Source of the DNA: an uncultured Pseudomonadota bacterium
Lineage (GTDB): Bacteria; Pseudomonadota; Alphaproteobacteria; RF32; CAG-239
NCBI GenBank assembly: GCA_947054505.1
Contig: CAMRWU010000002.1
Coordinates: 6,214-70,213 of the forward strand
DNA: 64,000 nucleotides
Direction of reading: 5' to 3'
Numbering within the stretch: position 1 is the first letter of the stretch; every line of letters begins with the position of its first letter. Below, in pieces: positions 51,188 through 60,487 of the stretch. The position numbers were made by a program, and so were the translations under genes. The notes below the pieces were generated by a model that was given only the letters and a program-made list of their open reading frames with translations, searched no databases and was not told the origin of the DNA.

Positions 51188-51763
51188 TTAACGAGCCACC
51201 GCGCTCAAACGTGCGGCAATTGCCTGAGAAAGTTTTTCAATTAACTCGCTTTCTGTCGTTGCCAAATCAAGATACGTGCCCCCGACCGGCATCTCAAAAC
51301 GACTGCGTTCTTCCGCCAAAACGGTTCCGCCGGATGTTTTAAGAGTCCATTTTGCATCAAGCACCGCCGTTTTTCCCAAAGAACCGTCAAACTGTATCAC
51401 GTCGACAGCAACAAGATATTTGAAGTTTTCTCGTCCGGTTTCCTGCGCACCTACCTGAGATTTTGGGAAATACATCGACAAATCCTCGGTTAAAACACGT
51501 TGAAAAATCAAATCTAACGAATCATTCCAACGATGAAATTCCGAGAATTTAAACTCCATCGAATTGTGGTTTGATGTCACCATCTGTGGACGATCCAGAT
51601 AATCGGGAAGCGTAATCTCTTGCACCCCGATATTGGTCTTCAAAACATAAACAACCCTGCCCTTCGGTTCTGCAAAGGATTTCAAAGTATAGAATTTTGA
51701 CGTCTGAGAAGTTCCGACACAAGCCGAAGTCATCAACAAAAACAGCAAAACATATTTTTTCAT
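51188..51763 (-). CDS. ABC-transport auxiliary lipoprotein (PqiC/DUF330-like), last gene of the mce operon
   Basis: lipobox LMTSACV; position directly downstream of the MlaD-like gene. Confidence 0.5.
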   Translation of the reverse strand: MKKYVLLFLLMTSACVGTSQTSKFYTLKSFAEPKGRVVYVLKTNIGVQEITLPDYLDRPQMVTSNHNSMEFKFSEFHRWNDSLDLIFQRVLTEDLSMYFPKSQVGAQETGRENFKYLVAVDVIQFDGSLGKTAVLDAKWTLKTSGGTVLAEERSRFEMPVGGTYLDLATTESELIEKLSQAIAARLSAVAR

Positions 51764-51764
51764 C

Positions 51765-52520
51765 TTAATTTCCCCTTGGTTTTCCCTTTAACACCGCCTC
51801 TGGATGCCGCTCCAGATAATCCGTCAGATTACGCATTGACTTAGCCGCATCATCAACACTCTTCATTGCCTTGTTAAAATTATCAATAGCCAATCCTGTT
51901 GCCGTTGAATTTCTGACAATCAAATTGTCAAAATCCTTAAAAGCCTTGGTAGCCTGCGGCAATAATATATTCATTTTATCGACGGTTTCACGCAAGGGCA
52001 TATTCTGCACATCTCTGGAAAGCTCCTTAATCTGCGACAAAACAGTCGGAATCTCCATATAATGGTGCTTTCCCGTTTCCTGCTTTAAGACCACCGGTGT
52101 CCCCGGCAACATTTCCAATTCAATCATCAACTGCCCCGTCAACAAACTTTGCGTGGTCAGTCTGGCGCGCAAACCTCGCTCAATCATAATATTCAGCAAA
52201 TCATCCCGATTAACCATATTGTCTTCGGACAAAATCCCCTGTTTAGGAACAAAACGAGCATAAACAGGAATACTGAAATCCATATTGTTCGGGTTGGCTA
52301 TCAAATCTATTTTTGAAACCTTTCCGACTTCAACTCCCATAAAAACAACGGAAGAACCAACATTCAACCCTTTAATGGATTCCTCAAAATACATAACCGC
52401 GACATGCTTATCATCCGTAATCAATTTATTCCGTAAAAAGGCTGCCAAAATCAGCAAAAAGACGACAATTCCGCAGATAATAAAAACGCCGACAAGACGA
52501 ACATTCGGTTGTTTTGCCAT
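51765..52520 (-). CDS. mlaD: MCE/MlaD-family substrate-binding protein
   Basis: N-terminal TM plus MCE domain (GVEVGKV). Confidence 0.7.
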   Translation of the reverse strand: MAKQPNVRLVGVFIICGIVVFLLILAAFLRNKLITDDKHVAVMYFEESIKGLNVGSSVVFMGVEVGKVSKIDLIANPNNMDFSIPVYARFVPKQGILSEDNMVNRDDLLNIMIERGLRARLTTQSLLTGQLMIELEMLPGTPVVLKQETGKHHYMEIPTVLSQIKELSRDVQNMPLRETVDKMNILLPQATKAFKDFDNLIVRNSTATGLAIDNFNKAMKSVDDAAKSMRNLTDYLERHPEAVLKGKPRGN

Positions 52521-52521
52521 G

Positions 52522-53277
52522 TTACTTTTCCCCTCTGGTTAAAAATTCCAAAACAGTATTATTGGGCGGATTTTTCAGCAATTCTTTTGGGTTGCCGCGT
52601 CCGCCGATACTTTTTGTTGCCGCATCCAAAAATATGGAATCTTTGCCGATGGCAAAAATTGAAGCCAACTCATGCGTCACCACCACAAATGTTGTTCCCA
52701 AACTTTGGTTGATTTCCATCAACAAATCATCCAACAATTTAGAACTGACCGGATCTAAACCGGCTGACGGCTCGTCACAATACACAATTTTCGGATCCAA
52801 AGCCAACGCTCTGGCTAAACCGGCTCGTTTTTTCATCCCGCCACTGATTTCCGACGGATAATAATCCTCAAAACCGTTCAAGCCGACCTGTGCCAGCTTA
52901 AGAGAAACCAATTCCGAAATTAATTGCGGTGAATAATCCGTATATTGCTGTAACGGCAAAGCAATATTTTCAGCCAAAGTCATTGAACTAAACAATGCTC
53001 CGCTTTGATACAAAATACCGCATTTTTGCATTATCAAAGCCCGCTCTTGCTCTGTTGCCTGCGTAAAATCCTGCCCGTTAATAATAACATCACCGCCTTT
53101 AGCCGGCACCAATCCCGTCAACACACGAAGCAAACTGCTCTTACCGCAACCACTACCTCCCATAATGATGAAAATATCCCCCTGTTTCACATCAAAGCTG
53201 ATATCCTTCATCAAAACAAAATCACCGTATCCAACCGTCAGGTTTTTAACGTCTATCACCGTTTTTGTATCGCTCAT
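52522..53277 (-). CDS. mlaF: ABC transporter ATP-binding protein (MlaF-like)
   Basis: Walker A GGSGCGKSS, signature LSGGMKKR, Walker B IVYCDEPSAGLD; start reset to MSDTKTVIDV. Confidence 0.8.
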   Translation of the reverse strand: MSDTKTVIDVKNLTVGYGDFVLMKDISFDVKQGDIFIIMGGSGCGKSSLLRVLTGLVPAKGGDVIINGQDFTQATEQERALIMQKCGILYQSGALFSSMTLAENIALPLQQYTDYSPQLISELVSLKLAQVGLNGFEDYYPSEISGGMKKRAGLARALALDPKIVYCDEPSAGLDPVSSKLLDDLLMEINQSLGTTFVVVTHELASIFAIGKDSIFLDAATKSIGGRGNPKELLKNPPNNTVLEFLTRGEK

Positions 53278-54386
53278 ATGCCCCACACCTGAAACAGCCA
53301 TGTTAAAATTCCCGTCACCACAATCATCCACACAATTGCCGAAACAACAGCTTTGGTCGTCGCCACACCGACACTGTCGGCATTTCGTCCGCAATTCACA
53401 CCATAATAACAACCACAAAGCGCAATAACAGCGCCATACACAAAGCCATGAAACACGCCAACGGAAAAATTATTCATTTTTATGGCATCAAACGTATATT
53501 TCCAATATTCGGCCGCAGAAATATCCAACATCACAACACCGACCACCGCACCGCCGAGAATTCCCATCAAATCCGCCAACATTGTTAAAATCGGCATTGT
53601 AACAATCAAACTCAATATTCTTGGCAAAACCAAAAAGTCCGTCGTCGGAATCCCCATGGTTTTTAAAGCGTCGATTTCTTCATTCACCTGCATGGTTCCG
53701 ATTGTTGCTGCATAAGATGCTCCGGTACGTCCGGCCATAATAATACCGGCCATAATTGCCCCCATAATCCGCGTCATTCCTATCGCCACCAAACTGGCCA
53801 CATATATCTGAGCCCCAAACATTTTAAGCTGAATAGCTCCGACAAAAGCCAAAATCAACCCCACCATAAAACTAACCAAGGATACAATCCCGATAGCCTT
53901 ATAACTGCTGTCCTCCAAAGCAAACATCAAATCCACTTTTCGCAATACAGCAATTCCGAGAATATATCTCCAAATAGATTTCAGAGTTTCACCAATAAAA
54001 TGTCCGCCTTTAATAACGCCGTCATAGACAGCAATCCCCCAATCACCGACCCTTTCAACAAAAGGCAACTGAATATTCTTTTTTTGTTCCGGCTTTCGGT
54101 CAACTTCCAAAGCCAGATGCACCAATTCTGACAGATTTTCCGGTAATGACGCCCAAGAAACTTTTAGCTTGTTGCGTTCAGCCAATCGAGCAACTTCAAA
54201 CAAAATAACAACTAAAGAGGAATCCCACTTCTTCAAATCATCAGCAACAAAAACGACTTCACTCCCGCGAAAGCGTTGCAAACTGCGGTATAAAGCCTCT
54301 TTTGTACCGTTATCGTCAAAAGCAATAAAATCTCCGCCAAGTTCAATCTCAAACCTTTTGGAATCTGATTTAAACTTCAGTGTCAT
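53274..54386 (-). CDS. mlaE: MlaE-family ABC permease with N-terminal STAS/MlaB-like extension
   Basis: C-terminal 5-TM MlaE permease core preceded by a ~100-aa soluble domain. Confidence 0.7.
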   Translation of the reverse strand: MTLKFKSDSKRFEIELGGDFIAFDDNGTKEALYRSLQRFRGSEVVFVADDLKKWDSSLVVILFEVARLAERNKLKVSWASLPENLSELVHLALEVDRKPEQKKNIQLPFVERVGDWGIAVYDGVIKGGHFIGETLKSIWRYILGIAVLRKVDLMFALEDSSYKAIGIVSLVSFMVGLILAFVGAIQLKMFGAQIYVASLVAIGMTRIMGAIMAGIIMAGRTGASYAATIGTMQVNEEIDALKTMGIPTTDFLVLPRILSLIVTMPILTMLADLMGILGGAVVGVVMLDISAAEYWKYTFDAIKMNNFSVGVFHGFVYGAVIALCGCYYGVNCGRNADSVGVATTKAVVSAIVWMIVVTGILTWLFQVWGI

Positions 54387-54513
54387 TCGTTTCCCTCAAT
54401 TTTTCTATATATTATAATAAGCTGATTTTCACTTTCAAGCCTTCCTCTGATTGACAGAAGAAGCTTTTTTAACTAAACTTGAAAAAACATTCAAAAAACG
54501 ATGGACACAACAA

Positions 54514-54873
54514 ATGACGGAAACCAACAAACTTCATAACCACAATAACGAAACAGCATCAGCCTTAAAGCTGATTCCTGCAGATTCTGAAGCCATAAAA
54601 GCTTGTGACCTTTTCCAACAACTGGGAGATCCTACCCGTTTAAAAATCCTATGCCTGCTGGCGCATAGCGAGCAATGTGTCAACAACATCGCCCTCGCCG
54701 TCAATATGAGCGCACCGGCTGTTTCACATCACTTGAGAGTTCTTCGCCAAACTGGACTAATTACCAACCGCCGTGACGGCAAAGAAATATACTATAAATT
54801 GGCTGAAGACAAAAAAGCGTCTTTAGTTCATAAAATCATTGACGACGTTTTTGGGTTGAACTGCTGTGTATAA
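54514..54873 (+). CDS. ArsR/SmtB-family metalloregulator (CadC/CzrA-like)
   Basis: HTH with ELCVCDL-equivalent (ACDLFQQLGDPTRLKILCLL) and metal-site Cys/His residues; the track start at 54451 is TTG, ATG at 54514 preferred. Confidence 0.7.
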   Translation: MTETNKLHNHNNETASALKLIPADSEAIKACDLFQQLGDPTRLKILCLLAHSEQCVNNIALAVNMSAPAVSHHLRVLRQTGLITNRRDGKEIYYKLAEDKKASLVHKIIDDVFGLNCCV

Positions 54874-54874
54874 A

Positions 54875-56740
54875 TCAGTCTTTATTTTTGAAATAAAGCA
54901 CACGCAACGCATTTAATATCGCAATAACCGAAACCCCGACATCGGCAAAAACGGCTTCCCACATTGTCGCCATACCCAAAGCACCCATACCTAAAACAGC
55001 AAACTTAATTCCTAAAGCAAAAACAATATTTTGCTTAACAATATTCAATGTCCGACGCGAAATTTTAACCGCCGTCGCCAACTTCATCGGCTCATCAGTC
55101 ATCAAAACAACATCCGCCGCCTCAACAGCCGCATCGGTTCCCACACCGCCCATTGCCACACCGATATCGGCGCGCGCCAACACCGGTGCATCATTAATTC
55201 CGTCGCCAACATAGGCAAGATGCCCCGCATAGCAATTCATCAACGCTTCCAATTGCTCAACCTTATGCTGAGGCAAAAGCTCACTGCAAACAACATCTAT
55301 TCCCACAATATCAGCCACCGCTTCAGCGGCAGTTTTTCTGTCACCGCTCAACATAACCGTGCGTTGAACTCCGAGTTTTTTCAACTCTTGCACCGCTGTC
55401 GCCGCATCCTCTTTAACTTCATCGGCAATCGCAATCCATCCGGCATACTCGCCGTCAACAGCCACATGAGATATTGTACCGCCCAACGCCACATTTTCCG
55501 GTTCCAAACCTTGCGCCATCATCAACATCCTGTTACCGACCGCAACCTTACGCCCGCGAACCGTTGCTGTAATTCCCTGTCCGGCAATTTCCATAAATTC
55601 ACCAACCGCTTGTTCTTCAATATCTGCTGCAAATGCGGTACGAACAGATAGAGAAACCGGATGAGAAGAAAACACTCCCGCATAGGCGGCCAACTCTAAC
55701 ACCTCATCTTCCGGCAATCCCTTGCTTTTTACCTGAACAACATGAAACGTCCCTTTTGTTAAAGTTCCGGTCTTGTCAAAAACAATGGTTTTAACATCAG
55801 CCAACGCCTGCAAATAATCTCCGCCTTTAACCAAAATCCCATAACGTGATGCCGCACCGATACCGCCAAAAAAGCTCAAAGGAACAGAAATCACCAAAGC
55901 ACACGGACATGAAATCACCAAAAAAGTCAATGCCCGATACACCCAGTCTCTCCACTCACCCCATCCGCACAAAGGAGGAACAACTGCTAACAAAACAGCG
56001 GCCACAACGACGATTGGCGTATAATAACGGGCAAATTGGGTAATAAACTGCTCCGTCTTAGCTTTTTTAGAAGCCGATGTTTCAACCAAATTCAAAATCT
56101 TGGCAACCGTTGATTCACCATACGGTTTTCTAACCTCAATCTCCAACAAACCGGAAACCACAACACAACCGCTGTCAACCATATCACCGACAACCAATTC
56201 TCTGGGAACAGATTCTCCGGTGATTGCCGCAGTATCAACCAGCGAATGCCCTTTTACAATACCCCCGTCCAAAGGAATTTTTTCCCCCGGTTTAACGACA
56301 ATAACATCACCGACTAAAACATCTTCCGGAGAAACGGTACATATTTCTTTCCCACGTTTCACATTGGCATAATCCGGACGAATATTCATTAAGGCGCTGA
56401 TTGAACGCCGAGACTTCGCCACCGCATATGACTGAAACAATTCACCTATTTGATAAAACAACATCACACCGGCAGCTTCAGAGTATTGCCCAAGAGCAAT
56501 AGCTCCAAAAGTTGCAACTGCCATCAAAAAATTCTCATCAAACAAATGTCCTCTGCTCATATTCCTAAAAGCCTTGCGTACCACCGGCCACCCCGCCAAC
56601 AAATAACTGGCGGCTAAAAAAGCCAAAGAAACATATTCAGCGGCAAAAGCAAAAGAAACAGCAAACAACAACGTTGCCGCAATCACCTTATACATTTGTT
56701 TTTTAAGTTTCATAACCAACACCTTATTAATTAACGACAA
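54875..56740 (-). CDS. cadA: heavy-metal-translocating P1B-type ATPase (Cd/Zn/Pb type)
   Basis: CPC transduction motif (SCPCALV), DKTGTLT phosphorylation site, GDGINDAP hinge. Confidence 0.85.
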   Translation of the reverse strand: MSLINKVLVMKLKKQMYKVIAATLLFAVSFAFAAEYVSLAFLAASYLLAGWPVVRKAFRNMSRGHLFDENFLMAVATFGAIALGQYSEAAGVMLFYQIGELFQSYAVAKSRRSISALMNIRPDYANVKRGKEICTVSPEDVLVGDVIVVKPGEKIPLDGGIVKGHSLVDTAAITGESVPRELVVGDMVDSGCVVVSGLLEIEVRKPYGESTVAKILNLVETSASKKAKTEQFITQFARYYTPIVVVAAVLLAVVPPLCGWGEWRDWVYRALTFLVISCPCALVISVPLSFFGGIGAASRYGILVKGGDYLQALADVKTIVFDKTGTLTKGTFHVVQVKSKGLPEDEVLELAAYAGVFSSHPVSLSVRTAFAADIEEQAVGEFMEIAGQGITATVRGRKVAVGNRMLMMAQGLEPENVALGGTISHVAVDGEYAGWIAIADEVKEDAATAVQELKKLGVQRTVMLSGDRKTAAEAVADIVGIDVVCSELLPQHKVEQLEALMNCYAGHLAYVGDGINDAPVLARADIGVAMGGVGTDAAVEAADVVLMTDEPMKLATAVKISRRTLNIVKQNIVFALGIKFAVLGMGALGMATMWEAVFADVGVSVIAILNALRVLYFKNKD

Positions 56741-56949
56741 ATTTCAATTTCATCTTCCAAACTTTTCATAACCGCTTCCGCATTATTCAAAACCTCATCA
56801 AAAATAGCATCCTCCGCTTCCAAAGTCATTTTCTGTGTCAAAAAAGAAATCGAAACCTCTTTAACGCCTTCCAACGCACGAATAGCTGTTTCAATCTTTG
56901 CTGCACAATTCGCACAATCCAAACCTTCCAAATTAAATGTCTTTCTCAT
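56731..56949 (-). CDS. heavy-metal-associated (HMA) domain metallochaperone, CopZ-like
   Basis: GLDCANCAAKIE metal-binding CxxC in a ~70-aa ferredoxin-like fold; start reset to ATG with AAGGAG RBS. Confidence 0.7.
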   Translation of the reverse strand: MRKTFNLEGLDCANCAAKIETAIRALEGVKEVSISFLTQKMTLEAEDAIFDEVLNNAEAVMKSLEDEIEICR

Positions 56950-57006
56950 ATCAATCTCCTTTTTTGTGAATACAAATACATAATAACATACCTCGAAAAA
57001 CATTTC

Positions 57007-57024
57007 AACAATTATTTAATTGTT
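57007..57024. promoter_or_regulatory. candidate operator palindrome upstream of the copZ-cadA operon
   Basis: perfect AACAATTA-TT-TAATTGTT inverted repeat ~60 bp upstream of the copZ-like start. Confidence 0.3.
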
Positions 57025-57115
57025 TAATATATCTGTGCAAAAAAAATAAAAAAGATAACAAAAGTATTTGCATTTTAGATTTGTTTGTTATATACAATCT
57101 TTGCAATTTGCTGAT

Positions 57116-57189
57116 TGCTTCATCGTCTAATGGTAGGACAGCGGACTCTGACTCCGTTAATCTTGGTTCGAATCCAGGTGAAGCAGCCA
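57116..57189 (+). tRNA. tRNA-Gln (anticodon CUG)
   Basis: hand-folded: acceptor UGCUUCA/UGAAGCA (U1-A72), anticodon stem GCGGA/UCCGU with loop CUCUGAC, T-arm CUUGG-UUCGAAU-CCAGG, encoded CCA. Confidence 0.8.
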
Positions 57190-57194
57190 TAATA

Positions 57195-57226
57195 AGCCCC
57201 CCGTTTTTTACGGGGGTTTTATTATG
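57195..57226 (+). terminator. rho-independent terminator after tRNA-Gln(CUG), copy 1
   Basis: CCCCCCG-TTTTTTA-CGGGGG followed by TTTTATT. Confidence 0.6.
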
Positions 57227-57346
57227 ATTTGTTACACCCGATTTGAACCAAGAGGAATTGGTTCGACTACCAGCGAAAGGCAAACGACAGTATGCCGGTC
57301 GGCATCGCCGATGAGCGCCAGTGCAACTCAAGCGAAAGCGCAGAGT

Positions 57347-57365
57347 AATCCAGGTGAAGCAGCCA
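57347..57365 (+). repeat. 19-nt direct duplication of the 3' end of tRNA-Gln(CUG) (AATCCAGGTGAAGCAGCCA)
   Basis: identical to 57171..57189; att-site-like remnant 158 bp downstream of the tRNA. Confidence 0.7.
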
Positions 57366-57372
57366 ATAAAAA

Positions 57373-57400
57373 AAACACCCATTAGAGGGTGTTTTTTTAT
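57373..57400 (+). terminator. terminator-like hairpin after the tRNA 3'-end duplicate
   Basis: ACACCC-ATTAGA-GGGTGT followed by a T7 run. Confidence 0.5.
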
Positions 57401-57524
57401 TGGCTGAAAAGAACCTGTTAAATTGCAAGGACAGCGACCGCAACCGCGCAATTGGTACTGGTTCTTTGACCGAAGCGTAGTTATTGAGCGTCAAACGCGA
57501 AATCTACGAAGCTAGAGCCTAAAA

Positions 57525-57553
57525 CCCCCGTTTTTTACGGGGGTTTTATTATG
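57525..57553 (+). terminator. second copy of the CCCCCGTTTTTTACGGGGGTTTTATTATG terminator module
   Basis: 29-nt identity with 57198..57226. Confidence 0.55.
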
Positions 57554-57577
57554 GCAACCAACCACAATTGAAAAATC

Positions 57578-57928
57578 CTATCGAAGACGCTCATCATACC
57601 ACTTATCGCGGTAAAGGTTTTCCAAATCGCGTTTCGTAAAAATCAGCTCCAACAGCGCCCCGCGAACGGGAGCTTCCGTTTTCAGACGAAATCCTCTTTT
57701 AGTCCGTTCAAAAACTGCGGCATACGCGGCCAACTTTCCTCGTTTAAGGCGGCGCAAGCAACATTCCTCGACGCTGATAACAACTTTGGAACCGTCATAT
57801 TTGATTCCCAATAGGTGATTAACAATACCGTTTTTTTGCTCTTCCAGAATACACCAAGACAGGCGCGAAAGCTTCATGTTAAAATGATTAGCAAAGAACT
57901 GCAAATCATAAAAGTTTATTTTATCCAT
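57578..57928 (-). CDS. hypothetical protein (116 aa)
   Basis: ORF with no recognised domain, adjacent to the att-like repeat cluster. Confidence 0.35.
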   Translation of the reverse strand: MDKINFYDLQFFANHFNMKLSRLSWCILEEQKNGIVNHLLGIKYDGSKVVISVEECCLRRLKRGKLAAYAAVFERTKRGFRLKTEAPVRGALLELIFTKRDLENLYRDKWYDERLR

Positions 57929-58069
57929 AGTGACAATAATTAAGGTTTGGACAAAACGATACTGTAAAGCTCTGTTTTTGTCAATATATTTCTTTTGGAA
58001 TGCCGAATTTAATTGACAAACAAGCTCAAATTATGGACAATTAATAAAAAAGCCGGAAAGGTAAAAGTT

Positions 58070-59647
58070 ATGACCGAAGAATATCGTCCTCACAAGAAAA
58101 AAAAGCCCAATTATAAAACAAACAGTCAAAGGGTAAACACAACTCCTGATAAACGCAAAGAAATATCCCCGCATCAAAACAGAAATCAGGCACAACTGTT
58201 AGAAAGGATGATACAAAAACCGGAATCTGTTTCTCCTCATCAGATAATGCATATTCTGGAACAATACCTCAGCAAAAGCGATATCAAACAACTGCAAAAA
58301 GGCAACGCCTCTGCAATCATAAAAAAATATGCCGCCATAATCAAACGCAAATACGTACAAGCCGTCGCCGCCGCTGATGTCCTCAATTACTGTTCTGCCA
58401 CGCCTGCAGCAATCCCCGATCGTTCAGACGAAATCAGGTTAGAAACAATGGAACAATTGCGTCGCAGAGTCCAAAAGAAATTTTTATCCAAAGAAAAATT
58501 TCAACAAATACACCAAACATTTTTTGCCGACATTGTCTCCAAAGACAGCCTTCCCAACACTCAAATTACAAAAATGTTACGTTGTATTGCCGCCGGCAAA
58601 CTCTATGCGCCGACTGATTTAAATGGAAAATTAGCCGAATATACTTTGTCTCCGGCCTATCGACGTTTCAGACAAAAACCGCAACCGTCTCTCAATCTCA
58701 AACCGGAAAACTACGACTTTTTCGGCATTGATGCGAAAGGAAAACCACTCTGCCCGATGTTTTATGCCACCAGTGGCAGTGCCAATGCTCACAAAATCAG
58801 CAAAGCGATAGCAAAAAGAATGGCTCAACTGGGGATTGCCCCTTCCGAAGCTTATAAATTCAACGTCGCGGATATTGCTCATATCATGCAAAAAGACGGA
58901 GAATTGCGAGACATTCCCTTCTCAGAAATTGCTCCTGACATCAAAGACAGCCCTTATCAAGAATTTGCCGACAAACTGGGACTAATTCTAAAAATCGGAA
59001 GAGGAAAAAACAACGACCACCGCAAAACAACCCAGCTATGGCTTGAAGAATTTGCAACGCCGGAACAAAAAACAGATTATGAAGACTATGGTTTTAGAGA
59101 CGGACTTGAATTATTCTTATCCGGCGCCGAAAAAATTTATAACAAATTATCAAAAGACTTTGCCGAAAAAGGCATCTCTCCCGATTTTTTGGACGCTTGG
59201 GCCGAAAGCCTGTGTGCCAACAAATCCCTAAACCCCAATTTGGCACAATGTCACCACCCCAAACCACACAAAATTGACATTCACCACTGGGAACGTCTCT
59301 CCTCAGCCACCAGCGATACCAGCACCGCCGACAAAAACAATCTCGATAATTTTGGAGTGATGATTATGTACACAAAAAACGACTTCGATATTCACGCCTC
59401 CATGCACAAAGGAGAAAGCGCAAGCTATATCACGACCAATCTGGAAAAAAAACAACAGGAATCCCCGCAAAAGAACCTCTTTTGCACCTCTAATTTTTTG
59501 TTCCTTTCATTAAACATCTTTCATGGCAGAAAAGACCGTACGGAAGAATTGAACAAAATCGATTATCTGCGGAGCAAAAAAGGAATAAATAACCCCAAGC
59601 CTATACTATCGCCGTTTTCCCCCTCTCATCAAAAAGCAAGATGTTAA
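58070..59647 (+). CDS. hypothetical basic protein (~525 aa), second member of the SG[SA]ANAH family
   Basis: start reset to ATG with GGAAAGG RBS; contains FYATSGSANAH, paralogous to 45830..47227. Confidence 0.45.
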   Translation: MTEEYRPHKKKKPNYKTNSQRVNTTPDKRKEISPHQNRNQAQLLERMIQKPESVSPHQIMHILEQYLSKSDIKQLQKGNASAIIKKYAAIIKRKYVQAVAAADVLNYCSATPAAIPDRSDEIRLETMEQLRRRVQKKFLSKEKFQQIHQTFFADIVSKDSLPNTQITKMLRCIAAGKLYAPTDLNGKLAEYTLSPAYRRFRQKPQPSLNLKPENYDFFGIDAKGKPLCPMFYATSGSANAHKISKAIAKRMAQLGIAPSEAYKFNVADIAHIMQKDGELRDIPFSEIAPDIKDSPYQEFADKLGLILKIGRGKNNDHRKTTQLWLEEFATPEQKTDYEDYGFRDGLELFLSGAEKIYNKLSKDFAEKGISPDFLDAWAESLCANKSLNPNLAQCHHPKPHKIDIHHWERLSSATSDTSTADKNNLDNFGVMIMYTKNDFDIHASMHKGESASYITTNLEKKQQESPQKNLFCTSNFLFLSLNIFHGRKDRTEELNKIDYLRSKKGINNPKPILSPFSPSHQKARC

Positions 59648-59913
59648 TGAAAAATTTTCTGTTACTGTTCATATTCTGGCTTTTATGTTCCTGCGTTTCA
59701 TACTATGATGAATACGAATACAGCTATAATGTCAACACATGGACTGGTTACAGTTATTATAACTCACCTCTGCGTTTGCGGGGGCTGAACACGACCGATT
59801 TTTATATGTTGGACCATCACCCCAAAGATTATTTTACAACTCAACTATGGGGAACGACAGGAAACCTCAGCCAATTTGCCATCCATAATATGTTCCAAAT
59901 CCTCACTCATTAA
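59641..59913 (+). CDS. small Tyr-rich lipoprotein
   Basis: lipobox LLCSC; 90 aa; 7-nt overlap with the upstream gene. Confidence 0.4.
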   Translation: MLMKNFLLLFIFWLLCSCVSYYDEYEYSYNVNTWTGYSYYNSPLRLRGLNTTDFYMLDHHPKDYFTTQLWGTTGNLSQFAIHNMFQILTH

Positions 59914-60031
59914 TAAAAAGCCTTTCGAGTAAAAAATTTGTCCTCCTAGTGTGATTGATTATGATAATTTGCGCTGATTTTGTTAAAATAGACTGGTGAG
60001 ACCGGTTCTATTTTAAGCAAAGGAGGCTGCC

Positions 60032-60487
60032 ATGAAACATCATCTGTCTTTGTTATGTTTCGCTTTAACGTCATTTTTCTTAATTGATAAAGAGGTAGCC
60101 AACCTCCTCTTAAAACAAAACCCTACACCACTGGAACCGACCTCATATGCTTCTTCCGGCGAAAGTTATCAGCTTGCCAAAGTGACGTGGTTGCCTGATT
60201 ATTTAGGTGATAACAAAAGCTATGGTGTCAACCGTGTTAATGACAGCGGCAATAAGGGGAGTAACAAGACTTGTGCAAATTATGGTTTGTTAAGCTCCTG
60301 TCCGGCACATTCTGTAGAAAAAGGCATCAAGCACCCTATTCCGGGGTTGACCTGTTATGAAGAATGCATTTGTGACACCTCTTATTATCAATACACAATA
60401 AAAACTTGCCGCGCCCCTAAAGTTCCCTCCGAAGAGTGCATAAATTCACTCTTCGGACAAACAACAGAAGCCGGTGTAAAAAAATAA
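60032..60487 (+). CDS. secreted cysteine-rich protein (module 1 of tandem family)
   Basis: signal peptide, strong AAGGAGG RBS, Cys-rich C-terminal half; ends at an in-frame TAA followed directly by ATG. Confidence 0.55.
   Translation: MKHHLSLLCFALTSFFLIDKEVANLLLKQNPTPLEPTSYASSGESYQLAKVTWLPDYLGDNKSYGVNRVNDSGNKGSNKTCANYGLLSSCPAHSVEKGIKHPIPGLTCYEECICDTSYYQYTIKTCRAPKVPSEECINSLFGQTTEAGVKK

Noticed and set aside
52522-53418. 47-codon Cys-rich N-terminal extension of the MlaF-like ATPase
   Set aside because: The extension overlaps the mlaE 3' end and has no ABC-ATPase features; an ATG at 53277 with a 4-nt ATGA overlap to mlaE is the conventional coupled start.
54451-54513. Upstream TTG-initiated 21-codon extension of the ArsR-family gene
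   Set aside because: The track start is a TTG with no RBS; the in-frame ATG at 54514 gives a typical ~120-aa ArsR protein.
57005-57494. ORFs 57005..57451 and 57267..57494 on the minus strand
   Set aside because: They overlap tRNA-Gln(CUG) and the repeat/terminator cluster, and no coding features are evident; judged spurious.
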